Source: Mobula hypostoma
Taxonomy: Eukaryota
Direction: 5' to 3'
Length of the DNA: 64,000 nucleotides
NCBI RefSeq assembly: GCF_963921235.1
Contig: NC_086097.1
Span: forward strand, 85,934,001 to 85,998,000
The notes beneath the pieces were generated by a model, which saw only the letters and a program-made list of their open reading frames with translations, was not told where the DNA came from and did not search any database. How positions within the stretch are numbered: position 1 is the first letter of the stretch; every line of letters starts with the position of its first letter. Below are positions 1 through 11,855 of this stretch, piece after piece. The position numbers and the translations under genes are program-made.

Positions 1-1549
1 TTGTGCCGAACATGTCCCTACCTTAGAAATTACAAGGCTTACCCATAGCCCTCTATTTTTCTAAGCTCCATGTACCTATCCAGGAGTCTCTTAAAAGACC
101 CTATTGTATCCGTCTCCACCACCGTTGCCGGCAGCCCATTCCACACACTCACCACTCTTTGCATAAAAAACTTACCCCTGACATCTCCTCTGTACCTACT
201 CCGCGGCACCTTAAATCTGTGTCCTCTTGTGGCAACCATTTCAGCCCTGGGAAAAAGCCTCTGACTATCCACACGATCAATGCCTCTCAACATCTTATAC
301 ACCTCTGTCAGGTCACCTCTCATCCTCCATCGCTCCAAGGAGAAAAGGCTGAGTTCACTCAACCTGCTTTCATAAGGCATGCTCCCCAATCCTGGCAACA
401 TCCTTGTAAATCTCCTCTGCACTCCTTCTATGGCTTCCACATCCTTCCTGTAGTGAGGCAACCATAACTGAGCACAGTACTCCAAGCGGGGTCTGACCTG
501 GGCCCTATATAGCTGCAACATTACCTCTCAGCTCCTAAATTCAATTCCACGATTAATAAAGGACAATACACCATATGCCTTCTTAACCACAGAGTCAACC
601 TGCGCAGCTGCTTTGAGCATCCTATGGACTCGGACCCCAAGATCCCTCTGATCTTCCACGCTGCCAGGAGTCTTACCATTAATACTATATTCTGCCATCA
701 TATTTGACCTACCAAAATGAACCACTTCACACATCTGGGATGAACTCCATCTGCCACTTCTTAGCCCAGTTTTGCATCCTATCGATGTCCTGCTGTAACC
801 TCTGACAGCCTTCCACACTATCCACAACACCTTCAACCTTTGTGACATCAGCTGACTTACTAACCCCACCCTCCACTTCCTCAAGAAGGTCATTTATAAA
901 AATCATGAAGAGTGAGGGTTCCAGAACGGATTCCTGAGGCACACCACTGGTCACCATCCTCTATGCAGAATATGGCCCGTCTACAACCACTCTTTGCCTT
1001 CTGTGGGCAAGCCAGTTCTGGATCCACAAAGCAATGTCCCCTTGGATCCCATGCCTCCTTACTTTCTCAGTAAGCCTTCGATGGGGTACCTTATCAAATG
1101 CCTTGCTGAAATCCATAGACTCTACATCTATGGCTCTGCCTTCATTAATGTGCTTAGTCACATCCTCAAAAAATTCTATCAGGCTCGTTATGCATGACCT
1201 TCCCTTGACAAAGCCATGCTGACTATTCCTAATCATGTTCTACCTCTCCAAATGTTCATAAATCCTGCCTCTCAGGATCTTCTCCATCAACTTATCAACC
1301 ACTGAAGTAAGACTCACTGGTCTATAATTTCCTGGGCTATTTCTACATCCTTTCTTGAATTAGAGAATAACATCTGCAACCCTCCAATCCTCCGGAACCT
1401 CTCCCGTCCCCACTGATGATGCAATCATCATCGCCAGAGGCTCAGCAATCTCCTCCCTCACCTCCCACAGTAGCCTGGGGTACATCTCATCTGGTCCCGG
1501 CGACTTATCCAACTTGATGCTTTCCAAAAGCTGCAGCACATCCTCTTTC
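1..1549 (-). mobile_element. CR1 LINE, decayed ORF2 (RT and C-terminal part), running off the window start
   Basis: Minus-strand ORFs 961-1236 (QHGFVKGRSC, DFSKAFDKVPH), 727-957 (SGVPQESVLEP, FINDL) and 39-521 (RPRLEYCAQLW, RGHRFK) are typical CR1 ORF2 segments broken by frameshifts. Confidence 0.93.
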
Positions 1550-1550
1550 C

Positions 1551-1649
1551 TGGTTTTGGAAGATGCTGTGTAGATTTGGTCACCTGCCTACAGGAAAGAT
1601 GTAAATAAGGTTGAAAGAGTAGAGAGAAAATTTGCAAGGATGTTGCTAG
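1551..1649 (+). mobile_element. Short CR1 ORF2 fragment, opposite orientation
   Basis: Translates as ...WSPAYRKDVNKVERVERKFARML, the CR1 C-terminal motif. Confidence 0.75.
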
Positions 1650-3438
1650 CAACACGCACAACACATTGGAGGAACTCAGCAGGTCGGGCAGCATCCATGG
1701 AAATGAACAGTCAACGTTTCGGGCTGGAACCCTTCGTCAGGACTGTAGGGGGAAGGGGCAGAGGCCCTATAAAGAAGGTGGGGGGAGGGTGGGAAGGAGA
1801 AGGTTGGTAGGTTCCAGGTGAAAAACCAGTAAGGGGAAAGATCAAGGGGTGGGGGAGGGGAAGCAGGGAGGTGATAGGCAGGAAAGGTGAAGAAGGAATA
1901 GGGGAAAGCACAATGGATAGTAGAAGGAGGCAGAACCATGAGGGAGGTGATAGGCAGCTGGAGGAGGGGGCAGAGTGAAACTAGGATGAGGAAGGGAGGA
2001 GGAGGGAATTACCGGAAGTTGGAGAATTCAATGTTCATGCCAAGGGGCTGGAGACTACCCAGACAGTATATGAGGTGTTGCTCCTCCAACCTGAGTTTAG
2101 CCTCATCATGGCAGTAGAGACGGCCATGTATGGACATATCCGAATGGGAATGTGAAGCAGAGTTGAAGTGGGTGGCAACCGTGAGACCCTGTCTGTTGTG
2201 GTGGATGGGGCGGAGGTGCTCGAAGAAGCGGTCCCCCAATCTGCGTCGGGTCTCACTGATGTAGAGGAGGCTGCACTGGGAGCACCGGATGCAATAGATG
2301 ACCCCAACAGACTCACAAGTGAAGTGTTGCCTCACCTGGAAGGACTGTTTGAGGCCCTGAATAGTGGCAAGAGAGGAGGTGTAGGGACAGGTGTAGCACT
2401 TATGCTTGCAGGGATAAGTGCCGGATTGGAGATCCGTGGAGAGGGACGTGTGGATCAGGGAGTCGCAGAGGGAACAATCCCTGCGGAAAGCAGAGAGGGG
2501 TAGAGTGGGAAAGATGTGTTTAGTTGTAGGGTCCTGTTGAGGGTGGCAGAAGTTGCGGAGGATAATGTGCTGGATCTGGAGGCTGGTGGGGTGGTTGGTG
2601 AGGACAAGGGGAACTCTGTCCCTGTTGTGGTGACGGGAGGACGGCGTGAGGGCGGAAGTGTGGGAAACGGAGGAGATGTGGGTGAGGGCATCATTGATGA
2701 CAGCAGAAGGGAAACTATGATCCTTAAAGAAAGAGGACATTTGAGATGTCCTGGAATGGAAAGCCTTATCCTGGGAGCAGATGCGGTGGAGATGGAGGAA
2801 CTGGGAATAGGGAATAGCATTTTTGCATGTGGCAGGGTGGGAAGCGGTTTAGTCGGGGTAGTTATGAGAGTCAGTGGGCTTATAGAAGATGTCAATGGAC
2901 AGTCTATCTCCAGAGATGGAGACCGAGAGATTGAGAAAGGGGAGAGAAGTGTCTGAGATGGACCAAGTGTATTTGAGGGCTGGGTGGAAGTTAGAAGCAA
3001 AGTTGATGAAATTGATGAGCTCAGCATGGGTGCAGGAAGCAGCACCAATGTAGTCATCAATGTAGCGAAGGAAAAGTTGGGGAGCAGTACTAGTATAGGT
3101 TTGGAGCATAGACTGTTCCACATAACCAACGAAGAGGCAGGCATAGTTGGGGACAATGTGAGTGCCCATAGCTACACCCTTGGTCTGAAGAAATTGGGAA
3201 GAGCCAAAAGAGAAGTTATTAAGTGTGAGTACCAGTTCCGCCAACAGGAGGAGGGTGGTGGTGGTGGGGAACTGGTGAGGTCTATTGTCCAGAAAGTAGC
3301 GGAGGGCTTTGAGGCCTTCTTGATGGGGAATGGAAGTGTATAAGGCACCACCTGCCTTCTCCTTCCCACCCTCCCATCATCTTCTTTATCGGGCCCCTGC
3401 CCCATCCCTCTTCAGTCCTGACCCGAAACGTTGACTGA
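1650..3438 (-). mobile_element. Penelope-like element (Neptune-type RT + Cys linker + GIY-YIG), 5'-truncated, with a short inverted terminal copy at ~3346-3438
   Basis: ORFs 2849-3244 (KGVAMGT, RYIDD) and 2009-2740 (YPCKHKCYTC linker; VIYCIRC..LLYISET GIY-YIG). 3346-3438 is a + strand copy of the terminus at ~1707-1810. Confidence 0.92.
1707..1746 (-). ncRNA. Minimal type I hammerhead ribozyme (PLE terminus)
   Basis: Reverse complement reads ACAGTC-CTGACGA-AGGGTTCCAGCCC-GAAA-CGTT-GACTGT: 6-bp stem I, CUGANGA and GAAA cores, palindromic ACGU stem III, GUU cleavage triplet. Confidence 0.85.
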
Positions 3439-3699
3439 TCAAATGATCTCCGTTTAGGTACTCAAATGATCTCCGTTTAGGTAGCAATTGAGATAACCCC
3501 AATAGCTTCTGTGGTACTGAACTTGAAAAAAAAGAGTATTAGTTATTCTTCATAGAATTGACTCCTGATCAATCTCCAGGGAAGCATATTTACCGACGCC
3601 AGTCAAGGACAGGATTAACTATTGTTTTCATCAATAAGCAGTTTTAAAACTATGCAGATCTTTATAAAATTAATAAACAAGGGTTAGAATAAGTAATTC

Positions 3700-4588
3700 A
3701 GGGGGTCAAGATGGTGCCAGCGAAGATTCCTCAGACGACATCTTCCAGATAGCAAATCTCTTCAATGATTTCACTGTTTCTATGCCTTCTGCTTGTTCTT
3801 TTTGTTTTGTCTGTGTTATACAAACTGTTGGAATCTGTGACATTCAGTTTGGAACTCAATCGAATGATCTCGTGCCCTGCTGCAAACGGGGAGCTGCCTT
3901 GCGGAGAAGATCAGAAATGGAGACCTGAAAATACGAGCTGACTCGTGGAAAAGACCAGAGATGGGGCATGGGGTCATGAATGATTCCATCTCTAAGTGGC
4001 GAGGAAGATTGAAGCATCGAGGTGAATGTAGAGGGGGTCAGCGATCGCTCCTAACGGAGGGCGCCAAGGCAGTGACGGTCAGCAGCCAGGTCAGCGGTTT
4101 TTGGACTTGGGTCGTCAACATTTAGACCTGGCATGGTGGTTTTTCTTCACGGAGGGATTGAGTTCATGCAGCTACTCTCCTTGTATGCTGACGGAAAGAT
4201 GTTTTCGATATTCTGAGACCTAGGTCTGTGATTTATACTGGTCTCCTTCAGTTTTATGGTGTTTTCTTTCTTGTGGCCGATGGCGGGTGAGTAATCAGTT
4301 GGATTTTTTGTGTGTGAGAGGGCGGTTGGGGGTTTTGATGTTGCTGCCACTGTTCTTTTCTGTGAGTGAGGGGGCGGGGATTGTTATTGTAGCTGTTTCT
4401 TTCTGCGGGGAGGGCATGGGATTTTGGGGTCTGCGGGTTTTGTTTCTTTTTTTTGTGCTGGGGGGTAGTTGATGTTTTTTCTTTCAACAACTCCCATGGT
4501 TATTCTGTATTTCATAGCTATCTGGAGAAGATGAATATCAGAGTTGTATTGTACATGCATACTTTGACAATAAAATGAACCTTTGAAG
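3700..4588 (+). mobile_element. Non-coding, probably non-autonomous LINE-derived element (CAAGATGG head, CAATAAA..TTTGAA tail)
   Basis: Begins GGGGTCAAGATGGTG and ends GACAATAAAATGAACCTTTGAA. Same architecture at 17781-18594, 47836-48879 and 54996-57486. Confidence 0.55.
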
Positions 4589-5204
4589 GCCAATACAGAT
4601 ACCGTATGTATTTTCAGAATGCTACTGTACCCTCCCCCCACCCATCCTTCATACTGCACTGTTATTGATGGTGATCATAGAGTGAGGAATAAGCAAAGCC
4701 CGCCCATACAATCCCTTCATGCTGGAAATGGCACTGCCATATACTCAGTTACGATTCTTGAGTCTGCACCTGAGACATGCACCTGCTATTTAAAAGGAGA
4801 CAAAAAATGTTATACATACCTTACACCAAGGCATAGCATCCGGCATGCATCCTTTTTTTTTGCAACTCAAAGAAGGTGACCATCATAAAAACACTCTCGC
4901 TCCCAATTCAAAAAATTATAGAGCAGAAAGAGATCTTTCTGTCTCATGCAACCATGCTGATGTTGGCTACTCACTGTAATTAACCAACTTAATCTCCCTT
5001 TCTTTAAAGATCATCCCTTTAAAATAATTATCCAGTACCACTTCAAATAAGAATGCAGTCTCCACCTCAGTACCCTCTTGTGGTGAAGTGCTGCAAAAAT
5101 ATTCTTCCTGCTTTGTTCCTGTTTGCTTTTGTCCTTCACGTTTACGGCATGATTATATGCTGACCTTAAGTGCTCTATGTTGCTTTGTCTCTACACTGCT
5201 TTAA

Positions 5205-5657
5205 ATAATAAATGGACCATGAAGCAGCAGAGAAACTCATTGATGAGTTTGCCAGGAACATTGTTGATGAAAATCTAGCACACAGATTGGTTGCATCAGT
5301 ACATATGCGTGAGGAAGAAGTGTAAGACAAAACTGCACGTAAATTCAGAGTTGGGAATGATGACGATGCCAAACAGCCACTGACTGTCCACCTGGGTGTC
5401 CAAGGTATTGATAGCGTACCTTCCTGGTGGTTCAATGTACACATTATTGTTTCATGTACAAAATTATTACAAGTAATATATAAAACTACCTTCATGTATA
5501 ACCTGTATACATAATGTAAATCGATTTCATGTTTACACTTGGATCCCATGCTCAAGGTATCTCATTATACAGATGTGATTATTCCAAAATATCAAAAAAA
5601 TCCAAAATCCAAAACACTTCTGGCCCTAAGCATTTCAGGTAAGGGGTGCTCAACCTG
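5205..5657 (+). mobile_element. Tigger/pogo-type DNA transposon remnant with one TIR
   Basis: DHEAAEKLIDEFARNIVDENL transposase remnant. Terminal AAGCATTTCAGGTAAGGGGTGCTCAACCTG followed by TA is the inverse of the TIR at 17701. Confidence 0.75.
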
Positions 5658-6587
5658 TATTAATAAAATATAATGTCAAACTTTGTATACCTAGCACTTT
5701 GAGGTGTGCAGCATTTTTCTCTACTGACACTACTAAGGCAGATACATTCACATTGCTCTCTGTGGGACACAGATTAGTCCAGCTTTCTGTCCAGGCCCTC
5801 TGCATAACAGCAACAGCTTTTACCGGAAATAAATTAATTGTATATGAAACACGTTGCAATGTTTCTGGAAAACAATGTTTCATAACAAAAGTTCCTCTCC
5901 TCAGCAACAACAGGAAGAAAGTTATATTAAATTACCAAACTGACATGAACAAAAATGAGGATTCAACCTACACAATGTCTTCCACTTAGGAAAGCCCACA
6001 CAGTACATTGATCACAGAATCATGTTCTTAAACAGTGCTTTGATTCTTGGATTCACTACTTTTGAATACTGTCACTGTGAAAGTTTTCCAGATCTTGGGT
6101 CTATGAATCTACATTTACTAGTTTGATGCCTTGAGAAACAATAGATCAGAAAGGAGAAGTACATGGAACATCAAAACAGACCAGCAGCAAAGTATAAAAA
6201 AGTCATTTGATAATACTGTACTGAGGTTATTTTAGTAGACAACTTTTAACAATGAAATGCACACATTACCTTTTGAAATAATCAAAATAACAGCACTTAA
6301 ATTGTGGTATTCGGTGTCACTACTATATTTGTGAAAGGTCGAAGCAAGTAATTTCTCCAAAGACATTTAGAGGTAGATAATTACCACATCATATTCCACT
6401 ATGTTTAAACATTGTTAGACATTTGCAAATTAGATTTAGGAATCTGAACATTACCACACCTTCTTCCAAGACCGAAAGACATCATAAGGTACATGATGTC
6501 GTATTAGCTGAACAATACTTAACACGTTCGGATGAAACTATCTAACCTGATAATTTAATTGACTGCTAATCTTTATTTTGAATATAT

Positions 6588-9529
6588 TGTTATGTATTTA
6601 ACATTTCAGTAATATTGATTAATATTGTAAATATATGGTTTGATTAAGCATTCTTGTTCATTTAAATAATTCATTATGGGTTATATGTAAACTACGTGAT
6701 TTGCATACATCATGACGCTACTACGTGATAAGTACATGCCTTGCTTAAAGTAAAAATTGAAGTACATATGTTTATCTCCTGGCTCCCCATTTTCCTTTTT
6801 TGGAGTTACAAAACATAGCAGTGATGATGAGGTATCTTAAAACCGAACCCAAGATGACTACCTACCCATTGAAGCACAGTGAGACATGCAAGTAAAAAAA
6901 ATGCAGCGGAGAAAAAAAACAGTGCAGAATGTGCTTTTTTTTAAAGAAAAGGAGACGTTTGACTTAAAAAAAAGGCAGAGGGCGGAGAAATTCACCTGTT
7001 CATAAACAGTGAGCACCAGGTGATAATAATCATAAAAAAGAGCAGGAATTACTGGCTACATCGGAAAGATAGACATGTTCGATTGCACAAGGGATACCTG
7101 GATATTGTATATTGAGTGAATTGAACAGCATTTTAAAGTGAATGGCTAGCCAGTGAGAAGCGAGTGCCAATTTTGCAGAGCACATTGGATTTAAAAGCAT
7201 ACAATTTGCTTAAAGGTTTAACTGCTCCAACCAAACCAGCTGAAATGAGCTTTGCCTATATCATGACTGTTAATGCAGGAATATTTAGAACCAAAGCCAT
7301 TGCTTATTACAGAATACTTTAGGTTTCATAAGTGGAATCAAAAGGAAGGGAAGTCCATTTCAAAGTTGTTGGCTGAATTGAAACAGTTGTCTGAGCATTG
7401 TCAATTCAGTGATGGGTTTAATGATGTATTGAGAGATTGTTTTGTTTATGGAATTTTACAAGAAAGCATTCAAAAATGGCTCTTAACTGAAGCACAACTT
7501 GCATTTAAAAGACCAGTTGAAATACCTATATCGATGGAAACAGCAGACAGAGCCGTAAATGAATTGCAGTCAGGAAATAAAGTGAGTGTGAACAAAATTG
7601 CAATGTCTAAGTGGAAACCTGTCTGGCCAAACAATTTGTACTACTGTTGTGGCAGGGGCTCACATACACCAGATGAATGCAGTTTCAAAGGCAAAATCTG
7701 CAGAAAATGCAACAAAGTAGGACAAAGAGCATGCTTGGCAGACAAAAATTAATGGACTACACAGGGAAGAAAAAAAAGCTAAAAATTCAAGTTACAGTTT
7801 CAAAAGAGCACTATTCTGCACGCTGTTGATGAAAAATCTGATAGTGTTAAGGGTGACACAGGACTGTGTAGTCTTGAAATTTATAATATGAAAATAAACA
7901 ATAAACAAACAGTATGGTTTACACCAGAAGTGAAATATAAATTAATTAAAATGGAAGTGGACATTGTCTTGGCTATTTCAGTTGTTCCACAAAAAGTATT
8001 GAATGGCATTTCAAAGATACTGAACTGAAGCCTGCAGATATCCAATTAAGAATTTGTACTGGCAAAAAGATAACTCCTGTGAGAATGGCATTTGTGACAG
8101 TGAAATACAATAACCAACCCCACATATTGGGCTTGTATATGGTAAAAACAGGAGGGCCAACATTGTGGGGATATGAGTGACTGAGACACTCAGTCCCTCT
8201 CTCTCATTGGAAACTAACAGGTGTCTCTTAGTCCTTCTTTCTCAGGGAGAGATGTGTACCCTGCCCGGTGTCTCTCAGTCCCTCTCTCTCAGTCCCTCTC
8301 TCTCAGGGGGAGAACTATCATATCTCCTACAATAGAGTCAACAGAAAGCAAATTAACAAAGTTACTGGATGATGGTGCAACTGTTTCCATACTGTACACT
8401 ATGAACCATTGCTCAACCAAAGACAAATAGGTATTGGTGCCAACCTCCGTGCCTCTGATTAGAGAGCATATTGGACCAAAGGAAAACCTGTTGCTTAGAG
8501 GAATTGTGAAACTGACAAAAGCAGTGGTCCGACTAAAACAGTTTTTGTAGGCAGCCTATCTGAGAAAGCCTCTGATATGTTAATCAGGCAATGACTTGTG
8601 AAATGTGGCTATGTTTTAAGCTGCAAGAGAGTTTGATAAGCTTCAGGAAAGTTGCAAGCATGCGACTTTTGTGAGTATAAAGAACCAGAATCTACTCTGT
8701 GTGCATTAAGGCTATTGCATGAACATCAATTGGGAGGTGAAAAGCTGAAAGTAAAAGTGGATGCAAATACCAAAGCTCAGCTGAATGAATGGAAGGCCAA
8801 AAAGAGTGAATGGAGATAGAAAAACAGAGGATTTGTCAGATGATGTTGATGTGGGGAAACCAAGAGGAGCGATCAGATCGTAAAGGGAGCAACAGAAGGA
8901 TTAATAAGAGAATGATCCACGGTACTAAATGTGCCTTCCCAAGATCAAGATGCATAAACTAGAAGAAAAGGAAAGAGAAGAAACGTGCCCAGAGCTTTCA
9001 GAAACACTTCCCACAATCCCAGAGTCAACTCCTACAACCACAATGGACCTGAGATTTTTTTCACAGTCATAAGTCTCACCTGCAAAGCAGAGTGACCTCC
9101 TTGTCAGGAAAGACGTTATTCTATAGGAGTAAGAACTCCTCCATGGTAGTTGCATCTTTAGGCCTGAATGGGACAGTTTAAATTTACTATGCTGTGGATG
9201 TGTATAGTAGTTCTATTATATAGTATACTGTGTATATAGTTGAGATGCTTTCTCTTTTGAGTTGGAATTTATAGCTAATCGGGGAAGGGTGTTGTGTATA
9301 TAATATTTCAGTAATATTGTAAATATATTCTTCGATTAAGCATTCTTGTTTGTTTAAATAATTCATTATGGGTTATGTGTAAGAATACGTGAATTGCATA
9401 CGTCATCACGCTATCACATGATACATACTCACCTTGCTTAAAGTAAAAATGGAGTATACACATTGATCTCCCGGGCCCCTTGTTTCCCTTTCAATTAGTT
9501 TTTATGTTTTGGAGTTAAAAAACTTTACA
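6588..9529 (+). mobile_element. Non-autonomous Gypsy (Mag/K02A2.6-like) LTR retrotransposon carrying a captured host gene fragment
   Basis: Similar TG..CA LTRs at 6588-6820 and 9290-9529. Degenerate PBS after 6820, PPT GGGGAAGGG at 9281-9289. Gag ORF 7273-7752 (EPKPLLITEYFRFHKWNQKEG, zinc-knuckle remnants), protease remnant ~7950 and pol C-terminal remnant ~8985-9170. Confidence 0.88.
8431..8980 (+). pseudogene. RBM25: Intronless, decayed RBM25 fragment (RRM and flanks) inside the Gypsy element
   Basis: Reads VLVPTSV...SGPTKTVFVGSLSEKASDMLIRQ*LVKCGYVLSCKRV**ASGKLQACDFCEYKEPESTLCALRLLHEHQLGGEKLKVKVDANTKAQLNEWKAKK...ETKRSDQIVKGATEGLIRE*STVLNVPSQ. This is collinear with vertebrate RBM25 as I recall it (GPTTTVFVGNISEKASDMLIRQLLAKCG...KVDAKTKAQLDEWKAKK...ETKRRDQMIKGAIEVLIREYSSELNAPSQ). 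Contains stops and frameshifts. Confidence 0.92.
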
Positions 9530-10069
9530 TTAATCTTTAAAGTAAAAGATGTAACAGCTGTTAAAATCATAAATGGATTAATTGTATATGAATGAACCAC
9601 GAATTTCTGCACTGAGTAGTATAATTTTAAGACGAATGATTAGAATCATTCAACAGATATTCGTAAAGTATCAATATAGAACAATGTCGGAAGTTACTAG
9701 TCTTATCACGGGAATCCATTCCAAAAATATATATTTAGGTATGTATGGTCTAACAGGTCACTAGGAATGAATGAGACACAATGAGGAGAAAAGAAATAAA
9801 TTGGAAACAGGACTAGTGGCAATATTCTGAGAAATGGCTTTGACCTCCAAATGGTCTCCTTCAATAACATGGAAGTACAAAAGGAAGACCTTATTTTTTC
9901 ATTAGCCAGCTACAGACAAAAGGACATGTCCAAAAGTAATTTTCCAAAGGAGAGCAGGAAGGTCAATCTAGTCAGGCAGAATCTGTGGAAAGAGAAACAG
10001 AGATAAGTTGCCATTCCGATCGAAGATCCTGATCTAGAACAGCTCTAGAAAATGGAGTAATTTGCTGTC

Positions 10070-10228
10070 CGTCGGGAGGTTGGACATTCTCTGTGTGACT
10101 GCTTGGGTTCCCTCAAGGTGCTCCAATTTCTCCCCACATGTGAAAGATACACAGCTGGGTAGTTTTACTGGCCACTGAACTGCCCATAGTTTGTGGGAGA
10201 GAGTGTGTGAGTGTGTGTGCGTGTGCGC

Positions 10229-10265
<37 letters not shown>

Positions 10266-10345
10266 GGGGAGGGGGATGTGGAAAGAATAAAATAGGATTA
10301 GTTTGATTCTATGCTTGGCGGTTAACTCTGTCTCACTTGGCTAGA
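10070..10345 (+). mobile_element. HE1-like V-SINE remnant containing a (GT)n tract
   Basis: V-domain-like GGGTTCCCTCAAGGTGCTCCAATTTCTCCCCACATGTGAAAGA; (GT)n at ~10203-10263. Confidence 0.6.
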
Positions 10346-10852
10346 AAGCCTGTTTTGAAGCTCTGATACCTGGTTTTATTTCAGATTTCCAGCTAGCACA
10401 AGATTCAGGTTTTGGCAAGTGAAATTGTTTGAGATTAACACCTCCCTAAAACTATCAATGAAATGCACCAATGAATAGTGCAAACAAGTGAGATCTGGTG
10501 ATTTATCATTGGATTTGTTGCTCTTACTCATCCCTCAGGAATGAGAGTGCTTGAATAATTGGATTTGCCTTCTTCAAGAAGAAGTGGTTTGGGGAGGGTC
10601 GGTTGCGTGTTCCCACCCGGTACAATACCTAAGCATCATAGGTGGCAATAGAACAGGGAGGGGAAGGGGCCGGATGATAGTGGAGGACCAAATCCATTAC
10701 TGAGTCTTTGACCAAACTCATCCATTGTTTGGACAACAGCCCTCAACAGAGAACACCTACACTCTTTGAAGGATGAAAGAGGGAAGCTGAAGGTTAACAT
10801 TTTGAGTCTTATGCATCAGAGACAATTACTTTTTATGTTGATTTTGCGAAGC

Positions 10853-10950
10853 AAAATACACAAAATGCTGGAAGAACTCAGCTGGTCAGGCAGCATCTAC
10901 GGAAATGGATAAAAAGTCGACGTGACGGGCCGAGACCCTTCCTCAAGATT
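10853..10950 (-). mobile_element. Solo PLE terminus with degenerate hammerhead
   Basis: ACACAAAATGCTGGAAGAACTCAGC...GTCGACGTGACGGGCCGAGACCCTTCCTCAAGA matches the PLE terminus; core bases are mutated. Confidence 0.7.
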
Positions 10951-11336
10951 GATTTTTCAACATAAGTAATGGATTGCCCTTTGTATACCCGCCCGGCTGG
11001 GTACGCGTATATTATGTACAGAATCCCTGAATGCAGCGACGAGGTTAGATGTCCAGGTCTTGGCTGACCACATCTTCAAACCAGTGGCCCTCGTACTTCT
11101 TTCGATCCTGCATCAGGTTGGATTACGTGTAGATTGCTCCAGCTCTTCCGGGTCAGGAAAACAGGGAAAACCTAAGCAACTGCCCCCACCTCTCGTCCCC
11201 AAAAAAAATCACAGCGGCGGAGCTCGTGGTGCATCCGTCGGACAAGTCCAGTCAGCGGAGTAAGGCAAACGCGAGCACACCCCACACGCCACCACACACC
11301 CAACAGGCGGCTTGTTTGTTTGCAGCTGCCAGCACC

Positions 11337-11378
11337 ATGAAACAGTTCGGCGGCGGCAGCGGCAGCGGCAGCAGCTAA
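11337..11378 (+). promoter_or_regulatory. Upstream ORF (MKQFGGGSGSGSS*) in frame with TTC9
   Basis: GCACCATGA at 11337, TAA at 11376-11378, one GAG codon, then the TTC9 ATG at 11382 (45 nt offset, same frame). Confidence 0.6.

Positions 11379-11855
<477 letters not shown>

Noticed and set aside
8431..8980. Functional RBM25 gene or exon
   Set aside because: Several stops and frameshifts, no introns, and it is embedded between LTRs.
6583..9534. TSD for the RBM25-carrying Gypsy element
   Set aside because: Flanks TATAT and TTAAT do not match cleanly in AT-rich DNA, so no TSD is claimed.
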